Assembly (NCBI RefSeq): GCF_014696345.1
Contig: NZ_JACJPY010000028.1
Coordinates: forward strand, 19,151-51,150
Source of the DNA: Pseudanabaena cinerea FACHB-1277
Lineage (GTDB): Bacteria; Cyanobacteriota; Cyanobacteriia; Pseudanabaenales; Pseudanabaenaceae
DNA: 32,000 nt
Reading direction: 5' to 3'
How positions within the stretch are numbered: the first letter of the stretch is position 1; each line of letters opens with the position of its first letter. Below the pieces are notes generated by a model. That model was not told the origin of the DNA and did no database searches. It saw only the letters and a list, made by a program, of their open reading frames with translations. The position numbers were made by a program, and so were the translations under genes. Shown here one piece after another: positions 26,857 to 32,000 of this stretch.

Positions 26857-27909
26857 TTAAGGGGCAGGATTGAAATAGCGATAATGGACTTCTTCAATGG
26901 CGGTCAAAATTTCGGCGCTAAGCTGCACCTTGGCGCTGTCGATGTTTTCTTGCAGTTGTTCCATTTGGGTTGCGCCAATAATTGTACTAGACACAAACCA
27001 ACGACTGCGGACAAAGGCGAGGGCAAGTTGCACGGGTGATAGCGCATATTGCTGAGCGATCGCCACATAATCAGCGATCGCCAAATTTACATTCGTTTTA
27101 TAGTAGCGCTGTCCAAAATTAGGAAATAGCGCCATACGGCTATTGGGGGGAGTGGTTTGCAAATATTTACCCGACAAGCGCCCAAAGGCAAGGGGGCTGT
27201 AAGCCAGTAACCCCACATTTTCGCGATAGCAAGCTTCCGCAAGGTTAATTTCAAAGGTGCGATTAACGAGGTTATAGGCATTTTGAATAGAGATAATTTG
27301 CGGTAAATTATGGATTTTGGCAAGGTGACTAAATTCACAAATGCCCCATGCTGTCTCATTGCTAACGCCGACATAGCGAATTTTCCCCGCCTTGATCAAA
27401 TCTGCAAAGGTTTCTAACTGCTCATGCAAACTCACCATTTCGCGCTCCTGTGCAGGATTAAACTCCACCTGCCCAAACATCGGTACATTGCGATCGGGCC
27501 AATGGATTTGATAGAGATCGATATAGTCAATTTGCAGACGCTTGAGGCTGTCTTCAACCGCTTGCAATACATTCTTCCGACTGAGGGCGGCGATCGCATC
27601 ATCTCGCAACCATTTATAATTGCGCCCCGTGCCAATGATTTTGGTGGCGATAATTAATTTGTCTCTTTGGGCTTTGATGTGGGGCTGCGCCAACCACTCA
27701 CCCAGATACTGCTCTGTCGTGCCTTGGGTTTGGGCATTGGGCGGCACGGGATACATTTCTGCCGTATCAATAAAATTTATACCTTGGGCGATCGCATAGT
27801 CTAGTTGTTGATGTGCCTCAGCGATCGAGTTTTGCTGTCCATAGGTCATCGTCCCTAGACAGATCTCGGATACTAAGAGTTCACTATTGCCAAGTTGGTT
27901 GTATTGCAT
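26857..27909 (-). CDS. NADP-dependent aldo/keto reductase (Tas-like)
   Basis: The ATG at 27909 gives MQYNQLGNSELLVSEICLGTMTYG. Also present: FIDTAEMY, DLYQIHWPD and VGVSNETAWG. The upstream extension in the ORF track is discounted. Confidence 0.85.
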   Translation of the reverse strand: MQYNQLGNSELLVSEICLGTMTYGQQNSIAEAHQQLDYAIAQGINFIDTAEMYPVPPNAQTQGTTEQYLGEWLAQPHIKAQRDKLIIATKIIGTGRNYKWLRDDAIAALSRKNVLQAVEDSLKRLQIDYIDLYQIHWPDRNVPMFGQVEFNPAQEREMVSLHEQLETFADLIKAGKIRYVGVSNETAWGICEFSHLAKIHNLPQIISIQNAYNLVNRTFEINLAEACYRENVGLLAYSPLAFGRLSGKYLQTTPPNSRMALFPNFGQRYYKTNVNLAIADYVAIAQQYALSPVQLALAFVRSRWFVSSTIIGATQMEQLQENIDSAKVQLSAEILTAIEEVHYRYFNPAP

Positions 27910-28026
27910 ATGGTTTAGACTCCTGTTAGTCACTTGTCGCTTTAATTTCGGCAGTGATGCTTTAGCATAAATAATCTGTAATGCTTGCACAAAAAGGGGC
28001 AGCGATCTTTAATCCATAAGATAAAA

Positions 28027-28056
28027 TTGCAATTTTTGTTCTTGAGAGCATAAACT
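28027..28056 (+). promoter_or_regulatory. candidate sigma70-type promoter for the 28071-31622 gene set
   Basis: TTGCAA (28027-28032), an 18-nt spacer, then TAAACT (28051-28056), ending 14 nt before the first ATG. This is hexamer matching by eye only. Confidence 0.25.
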
Positions 28057-28070
28057 TTCGAGCAGAATCA

Positions 28071-28265
28071 ATGAAGCAAATTACGCCATTGGGTAGCGTC
28101 TTAAAGGAAGAGTTGCAGGAAGCAATCAGTGATGCTTATGGAGTGGCTCTATCAGGTGTGGCGGCTGAGGCTTTTGGTGGTTGCTATACGGTTACACAAT
28201 TAGCGGCTATGGTCGATCTCGATAGGATTATCAATCAGGCGATCGCTTTAGTTTCTAATAACTAA
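28071..28265 (+). CDS. small hypothetical protein (64 aa)
   Basis: ATG start with a HIP1 site inside. It lies 37 nt upstream of the next ORF on the same strand. I recognise no domain, and coding status is uncertain. Confidence 0.4.
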   Translation: MKQITPLGSVLKEELQEAISDAYGVALSGVAAEAFGGCYTVTQLAAMVDLDRIINQAIALVSNN

Positions 28266-28302
28266 GATAAAATCAAGGCAATGGTAAATCATTGGTGCAA
28301 TT

Positions 28303-28836
28303 ATGGAAGTTATTACTCCAATTCTGGCTGCGATCAAAATCATTGTTGACTCTGGGGTATTGAGCAAGGTCGGTGATGGTGCAATTGCTAAAGTTGGTGA
28401 AAATTCTGTAGATTTTGTCAGCAACTTGGCTCAGAGATTATGGTATGTGCTAGTACAGAAAGCTCCTGATACTAAGAAATGGGGTACAGGTAAAGAGATC
28501 GATTATCAGCAAGCGGTAATTGATGTGGAGGCGATCGCCTCCGATCCTGAAGTTGCGAAGTTGTTGGATGAGGTGCGATCGCTACTATCAAGTAATCAAG
28601 AACTAGCGGCTAAGGTTGAGGCTTTGCAAAAACAAATCGAGCAGTTAACCAATACAGCAAACAATCCCCAAAGTACACAAGTGGCTCTTGAGTATTTTGA
28701 AGCAGGAGAGCTAGAGGGAGAAATTAGGCAAGAAAAGCCTCAGAGCGATCGCCAACAGAATACGGAGCAAGTGGCAGCAAGGAATGTCAAAGTAGCGGGT
28801 AAGGCAGTAATTACAATCAATCAGAAAATAAATTGA
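28303..28836 (+). CDS. hypothetical protein: hydrophobic/Gly-rich N-terminal helix, coiled coil, and a C-terminal I-x-I-x-Q-x-I-N tail (candidate membrane-targeting effector, Bell/HeLo-like by architecture)
   Basis: 177 aa. The N-terminus is MEVITPILAAIKIIVDSGVLSKVGDGAIAKVGE. The central region has heptad-like sequence (EVAKLLDEVRSLLSSNQELAAKVEALQKQIEQL). The C-terminus is NVKVAGKAVITINQKIN, directly followed by the stop. The stop TGA shares a base with the next ATG. The Bell/HeLo analogy rests on architecture only, not on demonstrated homology. Confidence 0.6.
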   Translation: MEVITPILAAIKIIVDSGVLSKVGDGAIAKVGENSVDFVSNLAQRLWYVLVQKAPDTKKWGTGKEIDYQQAVIDVEAIASDPEVAKLLDEVRSLLSSNQELAAKVEALQKQIEQLTNTANNPQSTQVALEYFEAGELEGEIRQEKPQSDRQQNTEQVAARNVKVAGKAVITINQKIN

Positions 28837-29198
28837 TGCTTATGAATACATTGATACCTCAATCGTCTGCGCTTGGGCTTGCCTTTGGGCTTTCCTTAAA
28901 TTTACCAAAGCAACAGATTCAGGCATTTTGCCAGCGTTGGCAAATTCAGGAATTATATGTGTTTGGCTCGATCTTGCGGAATGATTTTCGTGAGGATAGT
29001 GATGTTGATTTTGTTTATAGGTTAGAGCCGATCGCTTCGTGGAGTTTTGGCAATTTGCTGGATGCGGAAAAGGAGTTATCGGCAATTGTGGGGCGTGAGG
29101 TGGATTTGGTTAGTCAAAGAAGTATTGATCGCGATCGCAATTGGCTGCGTAAGCAAAACATTCTCAATTCAATGAGGTTAATCTATGTCGCAAAATAG
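28836..29198 (+). CDS. mntA: MNT-type nucleotidyltransferase antitoxin
   Basis: VFGSILRNDFREDSDVDF matches GS-x10-DxD, the minimal nucleotidyltransferase motif. The ATG at 28836 overlaps the upstream TGA (TGATG); the ORF-track TTG at 28833 is less likely. It overlaps hepT by 14 nt. Confidence 0.85.
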   Translation: MLMNTLIPQSSALGLAFGLSLNLPKQQIQAFCQRWQIQELYVFGSILRNDFREDSDVDFVYRLEPIASWSFGNLLDAEKELSAIVGREVDLVSQRSIDRDRNWLRKQNILNSMRLIYVAK

Positions 29199-29541
29199 AG
29201 ACCCTGAATCCCTTCTAGATATTTACAATTACGGACAACAAGCGATCGCTTTTGTGGCAAGTCTGACTCAAGAAGAATTTGAAGAAGATGATAAATCGAT
29301 CGCCGCAGTCATGTATGTAGTTGCCATTATGGGAGAAGCAACGAAGCGTTTATCAAAGGAGTTTCGTCAACAGTATGACTTTATTCCTTGGGGAGACATA
29401 GCGGGAATGCGCGATCGGCTAGTCCATGATTATAAAAACATCGATTTGGATATTTTGTGGGATATTGTAAATGTGGAAATCCCTAGACTCTTAGCACAAA
29501 TTCAGCCAATGATACCAAGTTTTGAGGAGCGGTCGGAATGA
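29185..29541 (+). CDS. hepT: HepT-like (DUF86/HEPN) RNase toxin
   Basis: 118 aa. The R-x4-H-x-Y HEPN motif is intact as RDRLVHDY (29410-29433). It sits immediately downstream of, and overlapping, an MNT gene, which is the canonical pair order. Confidence 0.85.
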   Translation: MSQNRDPESLLDIYNYGQQAIAFVASLTQEEFEEDDKSIAAVMYVVAIMGEATKRLSKEFRQQYDFIPWGDIAGMRDRLVHDYKNIDLDILWDIVNVEIPRLLAQIQPMIPSFEERSE

Positions 29542-31622
29542 GCGATCAATATAATCAAACTGGGATTAGCGATTCGACTTTTGGCGACAATGCTCACATT
29601 GAGATTAAGCAGGAGATTAACGCGCCACGCCAGAAGCAACCCATTCCTGACAATGTACCTGTCGCTTCGCCGAACTTTGTGGGGCGGGTGCAGGAGCTTA
29701 AAGATATTTATGCCAAGTTGCAAACAGGGCAGGGGGTGAGTGTCTGTGCGGTGGAGGGCATGGGCGGATTGGGCAAAAGCGAACTGGCGCGGCGCTATGC
29801 TTGGGAATATCGACAGGAATATGCGGCGCGGTATTGGTTTTCGTTGCGGGGGGTGGGGTTGGCGCAGGCGGTGGTGACTTTCGCGAGTCGCTATCTGGAT
29901 TTGCCAGAGGTGATGCAGTCGCAAACCGTAGAGGCGCAAGCGGAATGGTGTTGGCAAAATTGGACACCGACTGAGGGGAAGGTGTTGGTGATTTTGGATG
30001 ATGTGACCGATCTCAAGAGTATTCCGCAACAGGCGCGCCCCTTGGCGGATCGCTTTCAGATTTTGGTGACGACCCGCAAGCGGAAGTTGAGTCCGTATTT
30101 TGCGGATATTCCTTTGAATGTGATTTCTGAGGATGAGGCGTTGGAGTTGTTGAGGAAGTTTTTGGGCGCGGCGCGGGTGAACCGTGAGGAGGACGCAGCA
30201 AAGGCAATTTGTGAAGATTTGGGTTATTTGCCCTTGGGTGTGGAGTTGGCGGCGCGATATTTGCAACTGGATGAGGATCTGTCGCTGGGCGATTATCAAC
30301 AACGCTTAAAGATCACCGATGAGTCGTTGGCTTTGCAGGAAACGGAAGAAATTAATGCGGGGCGAGGTGTGATCGCGGCGTTTGAGTTGAGTTGGCAGGA
30401 GTTGAGCGCGAGTACGGCGAAGGCGGCGATGTTGTTGGGGTTGTTTGCGCCTGCGGACATTGCTTGGGGTTTGGTGGAGGAGATTGCGGCGGATTTAATC
30501 GAGGTGGCGGATCTGCGGGAGGGGAGAAAGCAGCTTAATAATTTGTATCTGATTAAGGCTGTGGATCAAGAGCGCACAAGATTTGCGATGCATTCGCTGA
30601 CTAGGGAGTTTTTGCAATGGAAACTCGCTCAAGACTCGGATACTAATCGTCTATTTCGAGAAACCTTTGTTACCAGTTTGCTCAACAAAGCCAAACAAAT
30701 ACCCCAATCACCAACGCGAGATCTGATTGCCGCAGTAGCTCCCGCAATTCCGCATTTAGATATGTTGAGCCGTGAAATGCTCGATGATATTCCCAATCTT
30801 GAAGAAGATTTAATTTGGGCTTTTATTGGAATTGCAAGATTCTATGAAGGACAATCCCTATATTCATCTGCAATGCTTTTTTATCAAAACTGTCTTGAAA
30901 ATATTAAATCTTACCTAGGATTAGAACATCCTACGGTAGGAACTATCCTAGAAAATATGGCTAAAATAGACACATTGCAAGGTGATTTTGGCAACGCAGA
31001 AACTCGATCACTAGAAGCAATTTCTGTGTTCAAAAAAGTTCTGGGAAACTATCATCAATATGTTGCTTATAGTTTGAATAGTTTAGCAAATTGCTATTAT
31101 GAGCAATGCAGGTATAAAAAAGCTGAAGAGTGTTTATTACAATCCCAAGAAATTATTCGTATTACCTTAGGAGAAGATAGTTATCTATTTGCTGAAAACC
31201 TTTCTAATCTTGCCAATCTTTATCGAATACAACAAAAATTTATCGAAGCAGAAAGTCTATTTCTTAATGCCTTTCGTATTTTAAGAACCCAATTCTATGA
31301 TGATGATTTGCGGATTGCAACTATCCTTAATAATTTGGCTGAATTATATAAAGATCAAAAGAAATATAAAGAAGCAGAGACTCTATTTTCTCGTTCACTT
31401 TCTATTTGGTATCAAAATTTAGAATCATGCCATATTGATATTGCTCTTGGACTCAATAACTTGGCAGAATGTTATCGATTACAAAATAAGAATGGGAGTG
31501 AAGTAAAATTTCTTTATTTAAAAGCACAAGAAATTATGGAAAAAGCATTAGGTGAAAATCATATAAAGGTAAAAATAATTCGAGCAAATATGCGTCTTTT
31601 TCTTAAAGGACAGAACCTTTAA
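29538..31622 (+). CDS. STAND NTPase: short N-terminal motif + NB-ARC + TPR repeats (bacterial NLR-like)
   Basis: P-loop GMGGLGKS (29757-29780), Walker B VLVILDDV (29982-30005), a GLPL-like motif LGYLPLGVELAARYL, then about six 42-aa TPR_12-like repeats (for example LNNLAELYKDQKKYKEAETLFSRSLSI). Only about 47 aa precede the NTPase domain. The ATG overlaps the hepT stop as ATGA. Confidence 0.9.
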   Translation: MSDQYNQTGISDSTFGDNAHIEIKQEINAPRQKQPIPDNVPVASPNFVGRVQELKDIYAKLQTGQGVSVCAVEGMGGLGKSELARRYAWEYRQEYAARYWFSLRGVGLAQAVVTFASRYLDLPEVMQSQTVEAQAEWCWQNWTPTEGKVLVILDDVTDLKSIPQQARPLADRFQILVTTRKRKLSPYFADIPLNVISEDEALELLRKFLGAARVNREEDAAKAICEDLGYLPLGVELAARYLQLDEDLSLGDYQQRLKITDESLALQETEEINAGRGVIAAFELSWQELSASTAKAAMLLGLFAPADIAWGLVEEIAADLIEVADLREGRKQLNNLYLIKAVDQERTRFAMHSLTREFLQWKLAQDSDTNRLFRETFVTSLLNKAKQIPQSPTRDLIAAVAPAIPHLDMLSREMLDDIPNLEEDLIWAFIGIARFYEGQSLYSSAMLFYQNCLENIKSYLGLEHPTVGTILENMAKIDTLQGDFGNAETRSLEAISVFKKVLGNYHQYVAYSLNSLANCYYEQCRYKKAEECLLQSQEIIRITLGEDSYLFAENLSNLANLYRIQQKFIEAESLFLNAFRILRTQFYDDDLRIATILNNLAELYKDQKKYKEAETLFSRSLSIWYQNLESCHIDIALGLNNLAECYRLQNKNGSEVKFLYLKAQEIMEKALGENHIKVKIIRANMRLFLKGQNL

Positions 31623-31760
31623 AATTAAAGTAAAATGCAGAAAATCGAAATCGCTTTATCAACAAGCCCTTGTTTTGAGGCAAAACCATTGTTGAGCAAT
31701 AGATGTATAAGGCTTACTTGGTTGCTACAATTGCTTTAGTCTCAAAAAAACCTAAAGGCA

Positions 31761-32000
31761 ATGCAAATAAATAAGTTTGTGGCAATTGGCGCGATCTCTT
31801 TAGTATCTATCAGTGTGATCGCATTTCTCAATAATGTTAAATATCAGGAAGAGAAAAAGGCAGCACGGCTAGGGCTAGGAGGCGCTAAAGTACGATGTTC
31901 CATGCTTTCATTTAATATCAGAGATGTCGAATCTTGGAAAGAGGCGGTAAAAGCTCCGTCAAATCAAGAAAGGGAAAAACATAAACAGTATTTACTCTGA
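31761..32000 (+). CDS. small hypothetical membrane-anchored protein (79 aa)
   Basis: ATG start, hydrophobic N-terminal segment FVAIGAISLVSISVIAFL, stop at 31998-32000. It is AT-rich with no HIP1 site. Coding status is uncertain. Confidence 0.3.
   Translation: MQINKFVAIGAISLVSISVIAFLNNVKYQEEKKAARLGLGGAKVRCSMLSFNIRDVESWKEAVKAPSNQEREKHKQYLL

Noticed and set aside
28071-28265. 64-aa ORF as a double-glycine (bacteriocin/lanthipeptide-type) precursor because of AEAFGG-CYT
   Set aside because: The would-be leader is about 37 aa, lacks the usual L-x-x-EL-x-x-I-x-GG spacing, and there is no peptidase-domain ABC transporter or modification enzyme nearby.
29502-30302. 266-aa ORF antisense to the NB-ARC region
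   Set aside because: The translation is low-complexity and rich in R, L, Q, H and P, with no recognisable motif. It is open only because the sense strand is G-rich with G-ending codons. The sense frame has clear NB-ARC motifs.
1-32000. tRNA, rRNA or tmRNA genes
   Set aside because: I scanned the intergenic regions for T-loop-type GGTTCGAATCC-like motifs and cloverleaf potential and found nothing. A tRNAscan/Infernal run would be needed to exclude them formally.

Overview
This is a cyanobacterial chromosome segment. The evidence is very frequent HIP1 palindromes (GCGATCGC; I count 13 in the first 5.6 kb), two pentapeptide-repeat genes and cyanobacteria-type DUF genes. Bases 1-25,500 are mostly housekeeping: glyS 3' end, family-4 uracil-DNA glycosylase, mutM, a FAD oxidoreductase, dusA, coaBC, dxs, a DUF1537-type kinase, an EamA transporter, plsY, thiE, glcD, rpsB, rpsJ and an MBL hydrolase. 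Between these genes lie heptanucleotide arrays, C/G-hairpin mini-elements, a dispersed ~35-nt motif and a family of bidirectional terminator hairpins. Bases 25,500-32,000 look accessory: a truncated retropepsin-like ORF, a heavily decayed IS66-family transposase, an aldo/keto reductase, and then the most interesting locus (28071-31622). That locus has five plus-strand ORFs: a 64-aa ORF, a 177-aa protein (hydrophobic N-terminal helix plus coiled coil), an MNT nucleotidyltransferase, a HepT RNase and an NB-ARC/TPR STAND NTPase. The last four are joined by overlapping stop and start codons. The extreme C-terminus of the 177-aa protein and the extreme N-terminus of the STAND protein share an I-x-I-x-Q-x-I-N motif. 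This resembles the NLR/amyloid-signalling effector pairs described in multicellular bacteria, but here a toxin-antitoxin pair sits between the two partners. The STAND gene has no HIP1 sites and switches abruptly from G-rich to AT-rich at the NB-ARC/TPR junction. I found no rRNA, tRNA or CRISPR. All homology calls come from motif recognition by eye, not from searches.
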